Counted from the first letter of the stretch, positions 27,298-37,506 are shown. The stretch is DNA of 64,000 nucleotides from IMGVR_UViG_3300020473_000011:217558-281557; one strand, 5' to 3'. A program made the numbers and translations. Notes: generated by a model from the sequence alone, not told the origin.

Positions 27298-28638
27298 TTA
27301 ATTTCCGCCCGCAGGAATGATGCCCGACACGCCAATGTTGTCTTGCGTCATAATCGCGTTGTTATACCAGCGCATTAAGATGCGTAAGCCCGTATTGTAC
27401 TCACCCGTTGCACGTAAGCCTTTGTAGCGCTTCTTCGTACCGTCTTCGTACATAGATAGCTCGGCGATGCCGTCTTGTGAAATGATGTCTGCTGAGCAGT
27501 AGCCCATCAAATCCATTTCCTCTAAGTACATGTAACGTTGCGTGTTCAAACCAGACGGGATAGTTACAACGTACTCGTAGTTCTCCGTCACGCTGATCTG
27601 TTCAAGCGGGTTGATTAGGGCAACACTATCTCGCGTGTTGATTGTCGCGTCTAAGTCTTCACTTGGACGATGCACGTCTGATTCACGCACTACGAAGTAG
27701 CGTGTCTCATTCAGTGTTTGGTTTTGAATGCCGTACATACAAACAAGCGGCGCGTGGCTCTCTGCTTGGTTGATTAGTGGTGCACCTGAGTCTTTGTCGA
27801 CTAGACGTTGTGCTGCGAACCAGCTGTGACGACAACCTGTATGGTCGTACTGGTCGGTTGCTTCTTCCCAGATAGCTAACATAATACCGTGGTCTGATAC
27901 AGTTAATGCGTAAGACATTGGAATGTTAGGCGTACCCGCAACGGCAACCTGTGCTGTATCAGGGAACTTGTCTTCGAACTCACGCTTTGCATCATATAGT
28001 GGACGACGGCAGAAAAAGCCTTTGTCTTCAATTTCTAGACGTAGCTGGTCGTTAGGGTCACACCACGAAACTTGCTTGTCGATAACGGGAATACGTCGAC
28101 CTAAGAAACCCAGTGTACCTTCAACAACAGGGTCGTCATTCTTGCCGCCTTTGTTCGGTGGCGTGTAGTCATAGAGCTGCCAGTCACCTTGTGCAGGTTT
28201 AAATAACTGTAACGGCGTCGATACGTTAATGTGAAGGTTACCAATCTCTGGTGCCTTATCATTACGGTCTTCACGACGGTTATTATGACTCGGGTGACAT
28301 TGCTTACCTACACCTGAATCAAAGCGAATGATCCATGGTTGCGGTACGACTGATACACCGTGAGTCGCGCGCTCAGGGTCTGCACCTGCTAGGTGGTCTA
28401 CGAAGCCAGTAGCTTCGATAACGAACACCGATGAATCAAACGACAATGGGTCGCTCAGATCAGGGTTGTCCGATGGGTATAAAAGTTTGAAAGCATTCTC
28501 TGATGCCGTAGGGTCATCAGGGTGCTCATAATAATCTGTTAAATCACGGACAACCGACGTAACCAGCGCTTTAAGCGTAGTGAAACCACCACGTTCAATG
28601 CTGTACGGTTGGAAATCCGCTCTCATTTCAAATGCCAT
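27298..28638 (-). CDS. QRPVD-family putative structural protein, B-type (446 aa)
   Basis: PYSIERGGF, PMSYALTVSDHG, QRLVDKDSGAPL, FVVRESDVHRPSE. Confidence 0.75.
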   Translation of the reverse strand: MAFEMRADFQPYSIERGGFTTLKALVTSVVRDLTDYYEHPDDPTASENAFKLLYPSDNPDLSDPLSFDSSVFVIEATGFVDHLAGADPERATHGVSVVPQPWIIRFDSGVGKQCHPSHNNRREDRNDKAPEIGNLHINVSTPLQLFKPAQGDWQLYDYTPPNKGGKNDDPVVEGTLGFLGRRIPVIDKQVSWCDPNDQLRLEIEDKGFFCRRPLYDAKREFEDKFPDTAQVAVAGTPNIPMSYALTVSDHGIMLAIWEEATDQYDHTGCRHSWFAAQRLVDKDSGAPLINQAESHAPLVCMYGIQNQTLNETRYFVVRESDVHRPSEDLDATINTRDSVALINPLEQISVTENYEYVVTIPSGLNTQRYMYLEEMDLMGYCSADIISQDGIAELSMYEDGTKKRYKGLRATGEYNTGLRILMRWYNNAIMTQDNIGVSGIIPAGGN

Positions 28639-28720
28639 AAGTTGTTAACTCCGTCACATCGGCAGCCATTGCTGCGATTAAAAGCCCAGTTACATGTCCG
28701 CGACGAGCGCGGTCTAGCAC

Positions 28721-28732
28721 CATTGTACAATG
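28721..28732. promoter_or_regulatory. Palindromic operator-like site
   Basis: Perfect CATTGTACAATG, paired with a second core at 28757. Confidence 0.7.
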
Positions 28733-28776
28733 AATGTGCAGAGTATTACAGTTTCATTGTACAACCATTGATGCCG

Positions 28777-29673
28777 TTATGCTGTGCGAAACATCACACT
28801 GATCCCCGCGTTGTCTGCCTCAGTACTAACCATACTGTGGTAGATGCGCTGGGAGTTGAAAACTTCCATGTTCAAATTGGCGTTAGCCGATACGAGGTCA
28901 GTATTAGCAAAGCCAATAATGTCGAATACACCCTCGTAGCTAAAGCGCTCCGTAGAGAAATTGTTCGGAAACTGGATTATGTAATCACGGTTCTCCGCAA
29001 TCTCCTTCAACTTAACAGTGTGCATGACACTGTTTCGGTTGTAGACGTAATCAATTGCGGTAGTGGCTGGGGCAGGGACGGGTATATCACTCTCCCGAAC
29101 CAGCAATTGCTTTATGTCAGCTGTAAAACGGTTAAACGTACCACTCAATGCCAGTACAGGGTTGTGTACCGTTGGGATAACAATACCTGTTTCCCAATCG
29201 ACAGGTTTTTGTACGCAAAGCCAACTCAGCTGACGTTCGGGGCTATCCACCACGGCATGCTCCCATATCGCGATAGCAAACCCATGGCTGTCAGCCGTGA
29301 ATAGAAGAGAGAAGGGGCGGTTATACTTGCCGTGGGTACCGAGTCGGTCTCGACGGAACCAGTACCCCAACTCATTCGGCGTGTCTGAGGTATTTAGACT
29401 TCCGACAACCCGTGCGTATAAGTCACCCGTCGTGCTTTCTACCTGCATTGGCGTCGCAATGTTCAAGCGTAAGCGCTGTTCGTCACTCGATAGCTCGAAG
29501 CGAACTACCCACTCTTGGTCGTACGAGTTTACGTCCAAGGCGATTCGAGGCTTCATAAGCAAGACACGACCGTCTTGCTTCTCTATGATCTCAAAATGGT
29601 AGTTGGCCTTCTCTTTGAGAGCTTCAAAAACTTCCCTCAAGTCGACAAGGCCATGTCGGAAAAAGCTAAACAT
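28777..29673 (-). CDS. QRPVD-family putative structural protein, short form (298 aa)
   Basis: NIATPMQ, SWLCVQKPVDWETG, LLVRESDIPVP, FPNNFSTERFSY. Confidence 0.7.
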   Translation of the reverse strand: MFSFFRHGLVDLREVFEALKEKANYHFEIIEKQDGRVLLMKPRIALDVNSYDQEWVVRFELSSDEQRLRLNIATPMQVESTTGDLYARVVGSLNTSDTPNELGYWFRRDRLGTHGKYNRPFSLLFTADSHGFAIAIWEHAVVDSPERQLSWLCVQKPVDWETGIVIPTVHNPVLALSGTFNRFTADIKQLLVRESDIPVPAPATTAIDYVYNRNSVMHTVKLKEIAENRDYIIQFPNNFSTERFSYEGVFDIIGFANTDLVSANANLNMEVFNSQRIYHSMVSTEADNAGISVMFRTA

Positions 29674-29681
29674 GCTCTGCC

Positions 29682-30338
29682 TTACACGCCTGTGAAACCG
29701 TTACCGATTGCGTTCATATCTAGGTTACTCGTGTCGTCTAACGAAAAGGTACTTGAGACTGTTTCCATGCCATCACTGACCATACCAACTGATTCACTTT
29801 CTAGGCCATCAGTGCCACTTGCTTTCTTACCTAGCGACTCAGTCTGCTTCACGGTTGTGAAACCTGCGTCTTTAAGCCCGCTAAGTTGTACTGTAGCCGT
29901 CGCGAAGTCGATGTCGCCTTCACCGTCTTCTTGTGGGAATGACTTGCGCTCAAGCTCGGCGGTAACGCTAAAAGCATCGCTTTCGAACTCAGCGTCAACA
30001 GCTGGGATCAACGTTTCTTCTGCCCACGTTACAAACTCACCTACGAACTCGTCACCGTTAGACTCGCTATTTACTGTCACTTCCCACTCAAGGTCGTCAC
30101 TGTTTAATTGACGTAGTGACGGTGTCAGTGTTGGCCAGTCCCACTTCATCATCGCGTTAAAGCCTTTGATAGTATCAGTTAGAAAGCCCTGAACACGCGA
30201 TACGGTCTCTGTGCCTGCGTCGGTCAGTGTTAGGTTTTCGAGTTCTTCGCCAATATTCGATGAACCGCCACCAATACTTGATGAACCACCACCTACAAGG
30301 GCTTCATAACGTTCTAGGATTGTATTTGCTCGTGTCAT
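29682..30338 (-). CDS. Acidic hypothetical protein
   Basis: Start MTRANTILERYEA, Gly/Ser linker, very D/E-rich. Confidence 0.65.
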   Translation of the reverse strand: MTRANTILERYEALVGGGSSSIGGGSSNIGEELENLTLTDAGTETVSRVQGFLTDTIKGFNAMMKWDWPTLTPSLRQLNSDDLEWEVTVNSESNGDEFVGEFVTWAEETLIPAVDAEFESDAFSVTAELERKSFPQEDGEGDIDFATATVQLSGLKDAGFTTVKQTESLGKKASGTDGLESESVGMVSDGMETVSSTFSLDDTSNLDMNAIGNGFTGV

Positions 30339-30370
30339 TATCACAGTCTCACTTTAGTTGTTGTTTAAGG

Positions 30371-31450
30371 CTACGACATCATTGCCGTTAGCCAGTTACT
30401 TGATTCGTCTTGTACACTACGAACGTGTTCGCGTATCTCTGAACCGTTGATCATGATAAACATGATCGTCCCTGATGTTTCTTGTGCATGGTTGATAACC
30501 GATTTGTACTTACGGGCTATCTGCTCACGAAACACCTTAGAAAATTCTATGTTTTGCATGCTGCCAAACAGACGGGCTTCACTGAATGCGACTAAGTCCA
30601 TTACATGCCTGTAACGGTATCGCCGAGTGTTGAGGTTGTGCGGGAAAAAGACCTTGGCCGTGTTTTCTTCGGTGTAGTAATTCACCTCTGCATCCCAGTG
30701 CGGCATGATGGCATTTTCCATGCGCTTAAACTGCCACGCGGGTTGTGACTTAGTCGGCACCACCACGTCAGATTCACGAACAACAAACTTATTGCGCTTA
30801 TGGCCAAAACCATTTTTTATCTCATAGGCTGCAAAGACAGGTGACATTTCGCTAACTAGTGGCTCACCTGATTCGGGGTCAACTGGGCGCTGTACGCACA
30901 GCCAGCTAAACCATGAACCATCATGCCACACGCTGGCATCATCGAACGTCTCTTCATACGTAAAGAACACAAAGCCTCTGTCGGTAAGCGTTAATACGTA
31001 GCCCATCGGATAAGCAGGCGCTGCTTTGCTTAGGTACGTTCGGTCAATAAATGGAATACCCACATTACCAATGTCACTGCCAATAACACCAACATGATCC
31101 CAGCCGAGCAGCTGTTCGTATTCCCCAAGCACTTCTGTTAAGAACCCCGTATCAGGTAGCTGTAAGTCAGGTGCGACATAGACGCGCGCCTGATCCCATT
31201 CAACCTTAAACATGATACGGTACGAGTACTGCTTACCTGCCAGCATTGCGTTACCCTCGGGCAACACTTCGAGCAGACAAGAGAAGGGGATGTCATCTTC
31301 GAGCAGCTTCGGATGTAGTAGGAAGTCGTTCTCGCCTTGTTGAATAGTTACCGACGTAAATGAGCCAGCCTCGACCATGTCGATGACTAGTTCTTTCATC
31401 ATTGTAACGTGGCTTTTAAAACCGCTACGGTGGAACGAGTAACCTGCCAT
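30371..31450 (-). CDS. QRPVD-family putative structural protein (359 aa)
   Basis: YSFHRSGF, SWLCVQRPVDPESGEPL, FVVRESDVVVP, FPHNLNTRRYRY. Confidence 0.75.
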   Translation of the reverse strand: MAGYSFHRSGFKSHVTMMKELVIDMVEAGSFTSVTIQQGENDFLLHPKLLEDDIPFSCLLEVLPEGNAMLAGKQYSYRIMFKVEWDQARVYVAPDLQLPDTGFLTEVLGEYEQLLGWDHVGVIGSDIGNVGIPFIDRTYLSKAAPAYPMGYVLTLTDRGFVFFTYEETFDDASVWHDGSWFSWLCVQRPVDPESGEPLVSEMSPVFAAYEIKNGFGHKRNKFVVRESDVVVPTKSQPAWQFKRMENAIMPHWDAEVNYYTEENTAKVFFPHNLNTRRYRYRHVMDLVAFSEARLFGSMQNIEFSKVFREQIARKYKSVINHAQETSGTIMFIMINGSEIREHVRSVQDESSNWLTAMMS

Positions 31451-31456
31451 TGGTGC

Positions 31457-31696
31457 CTACTCCTGCTCAAGACTGAGCGGGGATTCAAAGTCTATTCTGG
31501 CTGCACGTGAGTTAACCCACTTGATAGTCGTCAAACGTAGAGCTTCATGACCAATGTTACTCGCAGCCGCAAGTGCACTCATGAATAACAGTGATTGTTC
31601 GGCGGGTGTTAGCGTGCTTCGTCCATTCGTTGCGCGTGTGGCCATGCTTTTTACATAGCGCGCAAGCGTAGAGTCAGCTGCAAATGTTAATGCCAT
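31457..31696 (-). CDS. Small hypothetical protein
   Basis: GGAGG RBS, operonic spacing. Confidence 0.55.
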   Translation of the reverse strand: MALTFAADSTLARYVKSMATRATNGRSTLTPAEQSLLFMSALAAASNIGHEALRLTTIKWVNSRAARIDFESPLSLEQE

Positions 31697-31804
31697 TTAA
31701 TTGCCTCCCAGTCAGGCGGTCTCAACTCAGTATCAATGCTACAATTATAAACCATTGTACAAGAGTTTCATACTACCCGAAAGTGAGGCTAATTGGCACC
31801 TAAT

Positions 31805-32014
31805 TTAACGTTGGGGGTCTTGTTTGTTTTGTCGCTTAAAGCGCTGCATTTTGTTCCACAGGCGATACGAGTCACCGTCATTCACCTTGGCCATTCGTAT
31901 ACAGGCGTCATTCATCGCATCAAGGTCTTTGCTTTCCAGCGCTTTGTTAAAGTCGCGCTCTATGTAGCGTTTTAAGTCGCTCCCTTTCATAACAACGACG
32001 TCGGTTTGTCTCAT
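31805..32014 (-). CDS. Small hypothetical protein
   Basis: RBS and operonic position. Confidence 0.55.
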   Translation of the reverse strand: MRQTDVVVMKGSDLKRYIERDFNKALESKDLDAMNDACIRMAKVNDGDSYRLWNKMQRFKRQNKQDPQR

Positions 32015-32029
32015 AGTTCTACCTATTTT

Positions 32030-32476
32030 TTAGCGTGCAGCTATACGACCACCCGTATAGGCGACGTATACTTCTAAGTTGTGGTGCTTGGCACGTGCAA
32101 TCATGTCCCGCGTTCCAGCGGAGTGTCCGTCCCAAAGGGCGATTAAGCCACCTCGTGACTGCGCCGCATAGCAAGCCATGTCTTCGTTTCGTAAGAAGCC
32201 CGCTTCTAAGTTCGGGTCTTCTGAGTCACCCCAGTCAGGCTCAAAGTCTTCCACATGGATGCCGTGTGCTTTGGCATATTTAACACCGAGTGCATCGCCC
32301 CCTAAAGCCGTTCCGTTTACGACCTCCGTGATGTCCCAGCCGAACTTGGTAACAGCCTTAGCGACTGCGCGTTCAAGCAGCGGGTAGTCCCGCATCGTTA
32401 GATGACGTGAGCCTGCTATTATCAAACGAGTAGTCTTTATCTTTCGTGTAGGGGGAGTCTTAGTGAAAAGCGCCAT
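32030..32476 (-). CDS. SLOG-superfamily (DUF2493/YspA-like) protein
   Basis: IIAGSR, VVNGTALGGDALG, RNEDMA, WDGHSAGTRDMI. Confidence 0.75.
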   Translation of the reverse strand: MALFTKTPPTRKIKTTRLIIAGSRHLTMRDYPLLERAVAKAVTKFGWDITEVVNGTALGGDALGVKYAKAHGIHVEDFEPDWGDSEDPNLEAGFLRNEDMACYAAQSRGGLIALWDGHSAGTRDMIARAKHHNLEVYVAYTGGRIAAR

Positions 32477-32652
32477 TAGCCCTCAGTGAGAACTCTAATG
32501 TTCTGGATAAGTTCACGGTCTTGGTTCTTACGGGCAGTGTGCTGCATACAGACACTGACAGGCTCATAGCGAAACATGTAGCAGTGGCCTTCTTCTTGGC
32601 CAGCGTGCATCTGCTTGTGATCACAGGTTTCGCAACGGTTAGGGTTGCTCAT
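32476..32652 (-). CDS. 58-aa Cys/His micro-protein (not in the ORF track)
   Basis: MSNPNRCETCDHKQMHAGQEEGHCYMFRYEPVSVCMQHTARK...; its TAA overlaps the next ATG. Confidence 0.6.
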   Translation of the reverse strand: MSNPNRCETCDHKQMHAGQEEGHCYMFRYEPVSVCMQHTARKNQDRELIQNIRVLTEG

Positions 32653-32742
32653 AACGGGTCTCGGTTATCTTGTTGTACAATGTTCGCCGAGCATGGTACC
32701 AGCATAGCCTGTACGAAACAAGCTATGCTGTAGGGGGATTCG

Positions 32743-33240
32743 TTAGCGGCGGACTACACCTGAGTCCCGTAATCTTTCTGTTAGGGCGATAAGGTGTTTG
32801 CACATACCTGCCTGATGCGCTTTGTTACGCTCGGGCATGTCTTTTGTCTTGCGTTCGTAAGGCGGGAACTTCTTGCCAAATAAAGCATCGCTCTTATTAT
32901 TGAACCACGCCCATGTATGCGTGTAGTCAGTGCATCCACACCGTACACGAACGTCATGGCCTGATGCTTTCGGCTTTTCTACGTATACGGTTCGGCCACC
33001 TACGTTAAAGGGGAGTGTGTACCGCCCCTGCTTCTTGTCGGATGATTCGATGCCTTGGAAGACTACCACAGCACTGTAGCGCGCATTAGCCTTAGACTCA
33101 CTATCAATCGTGGCGCTGACCATGAGCGTCTTGGTACCCGCAGCATAGCGCGAGTTCTCTATATTAACGTAGCCGTTAGCTGCCTCAGCACGGTCTCTTA
33201 CGGCCTCTGTGCCGCGAACTAATTGAACAAGTGTCGTCAT
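32743..33240 (-). CDS. SWIM-type zinc-finger protein
   Basis: VRCGCTDY...GMCKHLIAL (CxC...CxH); likely start MTTLVQ. Confidence 0.7.
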   Translation of the reverse strand: MTTLVQLVRGTEAVRDRAEAANGYVNIENSRYAAGTKTLMVSATIDSESKANARYSAVVVFQGIESSDKKQGRYTLPFNVGGRTVYVEKPKASGHDVRVRCGCTDYTHTWAWFNNKSDALFGKKFPPYERKTKDMPERNKAHQAGMCKHLIALTERLRDSGVVRR

Positions 33241-33299
33241 GTCTATCTCAGTCTCGTTTATAAATAAAAAGTGAGGGCACGTAACCCTCACAGTAAACA

Positions 33300-33998
33300 T
33301 TACTCGCCAAGCGCTAGGTACCAGCTTGATTGCTCGGTCAAACGTTCTTTGGCTTCGTTAACTTTCGTTTCCCCTTCACTAACTAAATCACTTGCGTCCA
33401 TGGTGACGGGCAGGTCGTTTAGTGTGAATGCTCGGCGTGATCGGCCAAGAGACATTAGGAAAAATCCGACAAGGATGTCGAAGAAGATGTCGTCCGAGTA
33501 GTCGATACTTGGGATCTCTGCTGAGGTCACAAGATTGCTCGCGTCTTTCTCTACATCTTCAAGCGTATGGTGTCTGTGCATGGTGATGTCATACATACCG
33601 CTTGAACCCGCCACTGATAGCGTTGGTTTGTTGTACTCCCATGGGATCTGACGCGGTCGACCAGTCGCATAGTATGGGTCAGAAAGACCACCTGCATTAC
33701 CATAGATAAACGCGGCTGCGCCTTGGCCTGAGCCACCGTTACTACTTGAATCGCTGACAGGGATTACTCGGGAAATCCAAGCTGGTGTTGAACCACCACT
33801 AATATCTGTCAGGTCAATTGAAGCGTCTACAGCTAACGTCTGTCGGTCAGTTAGCGGTCGGTATTTGCTGTAAATAGCAAGAGCACGCTTTACAATCAAA
33901 TGGAAACGGTGTCGATTGATCTGCGTGGTTTCTAGTTCACCGACTATGAACTCACCGCTTTCGGTCATTACGTAGTCGATTAATTCGTCTAATGTCAT
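33300..33998 (-). CDS. T4 gp13-like neck/head-completion protein
   Basis: HLIVKRALAIYSKY and C-terminal PVTMDASDLVSEGETKVNEAKERL resemble the gp13 N- and C-terminal helices. Confidence 0.55.
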   Translation of the reverse strand: MTLDELIDYVMTESGEFIVGELETTQINRHRFHLIVKRALAIYSKYRPLTDRQTLAVDASIDLTDISGGSTPAWISRVIPVSDSSSNGGSGQGAAAFIYGNAGGLSDPYYATGRPRQIPWEYNKPTLSVAGSSGMYDITMHRHHTLEDVEKDASNLVTSAEIPSIDYSDDIFFDILVGFFLMSLGRSRRAFTLNDLPVTMDASDLVSEGETKVNEAKERLTEQSSWYLALGE

Positions 33999-34070
33999 CT
34001 GTTAGGCTCCGTACGAAAAGGGACGCTCTAGCGCCCCTTATCAACATATTTACCCGAAGCTCTTTAGGGG

Positions 34071-34634
34071 TTACTTGCTGCTTGTTTTACGACCTAGCGT
34101 AGAACGGCGGCGTTTGTTACCTGTTTGAGACTTCGGTGTTGAAGTTGCTTTAGTCTCAGTCTCAGGTTTAGTCGCAGTCTTCTTAGCTGGTGCGCTTTTC
34201 GCAGGTGCGGCCTTCGCAGGTGCACTCTTAGCAGCTTCCTTTGGAGCGTCTTCCGCTACCGTGGCAGCTTCCGCCTTCTTAGCTGCGGCTGCGTCTTGCA
34301 CTGCTTTATTTTTAGCTGCTGCGTCTTTCACGGCTTGAGCTTTTGCAGCTGCGTCAGCGTTTGCTTTCTCTTCGCGTGCTTTTGCCTTAGCTGCACCCGA
34401 GTTTGCTTTAGGGTCTGAAACAACAGTGTTTTCGCTGTGCTTACGTACAACTGAACCATGCTGAGCCACAAAGCCTTTGGTTGATAGCCCAAATGCGCGG
34501 ATGAATGGTACAAGCTCATTATGTAGCTTGTCGCTGATCTCTTCTGAGGTTTCACCCTTCGCTAAAGTAATTGTGCGATTTTGGCTTTTTACAGGGATTG
34601 TTACCTGTGCATTTGTATTGTTAATTAGGTACAT
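34071..34634 (-). CDS. Protein with Ala/Lys-rich histone-like tail
   Basis: Short globular N-terminus, then AKAKA, KSAPAKAAPAKSAPAKK and a basic C-terminus. Confidence 0.7.
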   Translation of the reverse strand: MYLINNTNAQVTIPVKSQNRTITLAKGETSEEISDKLHNELVPFIRAFGLSTKGFVAQHGSVVRKHSENTVVSDPKANSGAAKAKAREEKANADAAAKAQAVKDAAAKNKAVQDAAAAKKAEAATVAEDAPKEAAKSAPAKAAPAKSAPAKKTATKPETETKATSTPKSQTGNKRRRSTLGRKTSSK

Positions 34635-34744
34635 ACTTTCTCATCTCGTCTCAATTAAAATTGTACTACCCACAGCGGGTAGTACGCACCATTGTACAAC
34701 ACTTTTTTGCGGCGTGATAGTGTTGTACAAAATCTAGCAACGGC

Positions 34745-36367
34745 TTAGTTTTTGGCTAAGCCCTTGTCATACAGGCGTGCCGAACGGAACTGCACTGCAA
34801 GGTCATCCAGCGCTCGCCCTAACGCTAAACTTAGATTCATTAACAGTTCTTGCATCTGGTCTCGTTGAGGCTCTTCAAGCGCTGCTAGAAGCTTACGCGC
34901 CTTAATGTCATCGACAGCGTTAGCCAGCGCTAGTACAACTTTGCTGAAACAATCTATAAAGCCTTTACCACCTTCTTTCGCTAGCGCTGCCATTAGGTTG
35001 TCTAACGCATCGTCAAAATCAATATCCGCCAGAATGTCTCTTGTTTTAGATGGCACTGAGCGTGACACGACACCTGCTGGTGGAGCATCCCAAAGTCCCA
35101 TATCACCTAAAGGGTCTTTTGTGGAGCTAAGTAAAATACCTTCAATGTCGCGTGATGCCTTTGCCATCTTACCCGCAAGTCCGCGTAGCAGCTTAGAGCT
35201 TACGTTCTCTTTGAAGTTGTGGTCGTCACTGTTAATAAGCTGGTCGGATGCGTAATCCAATAGACCAAAGTAGGTTAGCAGTGCGCTTCCCCAGATCATT
35301 CCACTTTCATTAGTAAGCAACCAATTTACGGCAGCATCAACATCACCCTGTGGTGTGTCCATACCAATAGCCCCGTTCGCAGACTCGGTCACCTTAATTA
35401 GGTCAGCTATACTTACACCATCTTGGTCTTTAATTAGGGTTGCCCAGTTCATAAGCGAATCTAAGACCGAGCCTTCCTTACTTGACTCAAATTTTAGCGT
35501 GAGGTCTTGGCTCGCTGGTTTTTCAAGGTTAGATTCTTTCGCGCTATAGGCTGCACTAAAACTCATTTCGAAGTCGAGGCTTGAAGCCTCTGGGATGGTG
35601 ATTGACTCACCGCTTATATTTGGATGCAATACGCCGCCAAGTGCGACGGGTTCTTCAAACGTTACATTCGCAGATAGGTCTGTAGCTTCTAACGATTCGG
35701 CCACGGTACCCTCTGTGGTATCTATAGGCGTCTGTGTTACTTCGATTGTGTTGTCAATGGTTGGCTTTGCTACGACTACTTCGGGGACACTCTTAGTTAG
35801 AGCACGCAGAACAGAGGTGGCCGTCACAACCTCATCAAAGTAGAGACGTAACGCCTTATCTACATCACTCGTCAAAGCATCGTCTATGGCAGACTGCACA
35901 CTGGCTGCCCATAGCGTCAGTAAATCTAGAAGTTTATTCAGGTAGCTACGACCTTTTACTGATTGTTGGAAAGCACTGTGTAGGCTCGCAGCTGCTACAC
36001 TGCTTGGGTGTAGCGTTTCGTCTTCTTTAAGGTCGAGTAAGCTAATACCCGACATGCTTAGTGATGTTGAAAGCTTGTCTTGCGCCTGTGACAAAGCGCG
36101 GTGTAGTGCAATGAAGCCATCTTGGTTTGCTGCATCAACAGGGTAGTCTCGGCGTCTTAGTACATAAGCAGCGGCGGTTGTCATTAGCTGTGCGATAGCC
36201 ATAACACGCAGGACGTTACCCTGATAGTAGGCATGTGTGCCAATCGTACGCATAAGCGATGGGTCTTTATGGAAAGTCATGTCTAGCAGTGGCGCTTGGA
36301 TAAAACCCCCGCCTAATTGCTTAGTCAGTCCCTCAAACAAGGTACCGACGTGGTCTGGTGTGCGCAT
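34745..36367 (-). CDS. Hypothetical helical protein (~540 aa)
   Basis: Long ORF; likely start MRTPDH after GGAG. Confidence 0.7.
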   Translation of the reverse strand: MRTPDHVGTLFEGLTKQLGGGFIQAPLLDMTFHKDPSLMRTIGTHAYYQGNVLRVMAIAQLMTTAAAYVLRRRDYPVDAANQDGFIALHRALSQAQDKLSTSLSMSGISLLDLKEDETLHPSSVAAASLHSAFQQSVKGRSYLNKLLDLLTLWAASVQSAIDDALTSDVDKALRLYFDEVVTATSVLRALTKSVPEVVVAKPTIDNTIEVTQTPIDTTEGTVAESLEATDLSANVTFEEPVALGGVLHPNISGESITIPEASSLDFEMSFSAAYSAKESNLEKPASQDLTLKFESSKEGSVLDSLMNWATLIKDQDGVSIADLIKVTESANGAIGMDTPQGDVDAAVNWLLTNESGMIWGSALLTYFGLLDYASDQLINSDDHNFKENVSSKLLRGLAGKMAKASRDIEGILLSSTKDPLGDMGLWDAPPAGVVSRSVPSKTRDILADIDFDDALDNLMAALAKEGGKGFIDCFSKVVLALANAVDDIKARKLLAALEEPQRDQMQELLMNLSLALGRALDDLAVQFRSARLYDKGLAKN

Positions 36368-36576
36368 ACTGGCTCCGTATCTCTGTCTCAATTAAATGTG
36401 ATTATTCGATAATCATTGTACAAGGATATTATAGCCATAATCACTATTACTTTTCAGCAAAACAATCTAATTAATTTAGCTAGCGACGCACCATTGGAAG
36501 GTGCTATTATGCAGCCGAGTCCAACGGACTCATTAACTGATACTTATGAAAAATTGAATAACGAGGGAAGAACCCT

Positions 36577-37506
36577 ATGAACCATATTGCAGGTGGTATG
36601 GCCGAGAAGATGACAGACACGTTATTGACTGGTCTAACCAAGCATGTACGAATTGGACTATCAGGCGCTCAGCGCACAGGTAAGTCAACGTTGGCCGAGC
36701 ACTACAGTAATCTGACTGGATTACCTTTTGTCGTATCGTCAGTCTCATCCATTATGGCTGAAATTGGCTTTGACTCGACGGCCTCGTACGATAAAGACTT
36801 TAAAACGCGCCTTAAAGCTCAGTTCCACTTACTAAAACGCCTTGATGAGGAATGGAGTAAACACGAGGGTGGTTTTATCACCGACCGCACACCGATGTGC
36901 ATGGCCATGTACACACTAGCCGATATTGTGGGTACGACAGAACTTGATGATGACGATGTTTCAGCGTTATATGACTACATTGACCAGTGCAAGCTGCTTA
37001 CTTTGAAGCACTTTAATGTGCTCGTTAATGTAGCCTACAATCCGCGCATTGAACTTATTAATAAGGCTGGGTCAGCTCCCGCTAAAAAACACCACATCTT
37101 ACATTTGGAGACGTTGCTTAAAAGCCTGATCTTTGAAATCAAGGTACCTACAGGGTCAGACCCTAGAACATTACATGACCTCTGTGGTGAAGACGACGAG
37201 CGCTCACTGTTACGTCGCTTTGACAAACCGAAGAGTGCGCCTACTGCTACCTGCTTGGGTCGTATCGAGAATCTAGTACGCCTGAGCTTAGCTGACATTC
37301 AACAATCAAAGCTAATCGTCGCGGATTTACCTTTTGAAGCTGGTAGCGTTGAAGAGCGCGTACAGTGGTTACACAGCATCGTCATTAGAGAGGCGTTTGA
37401 TTGGGTTTCTTGTGGTCTAGCAGAACTTGGTGATAGTCCGCTCATTAACGATGAGACAGCCAAGTTGTATAAAACGATTGATATTGAGCACATAAAGTAC
37501 GCTTAA
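36577..37506 (+). CDS. P-loop nucleoside monophosphate kinase-like protein (AAA_28 type)
   Basis: GLSGAQRTGKSTLA, FITDRTPMCMAMY. Confidence 0.75.
   Translation: MNHIAGGMAEKMTDTLLTGLTKHVRIGLSGAQRTGKSTLAEHYSNLTGLPFVVSSVSSIMAEIGFDSTASYDKDFKTRLKAQFHLLKRLDEEWSKHEGGFITDRTPMCMAMYTLADIVGTTELDDDDVSALYDYIDQCKLLTLKHFNVLVNVAYNPRIELINKAGSAPAKKHHILHLETLLKSLIFEIKVPTGSDPRTLHDLCGEDDERSLLRRFDKPKSAPTATCLGRIENLVRLSLADIQQSKLIVADLPFEAGSVEERVQWLHSIVIREAFDWVSCGLAELGDSPLINDETAKLYKTIDIEHIKYA

Noticed and set aside
28609-30111. Plus-strand ORFs of 231, 101 and 198 aa
   Set aside because: Fully antisense to motif-bearing minus-strand genes
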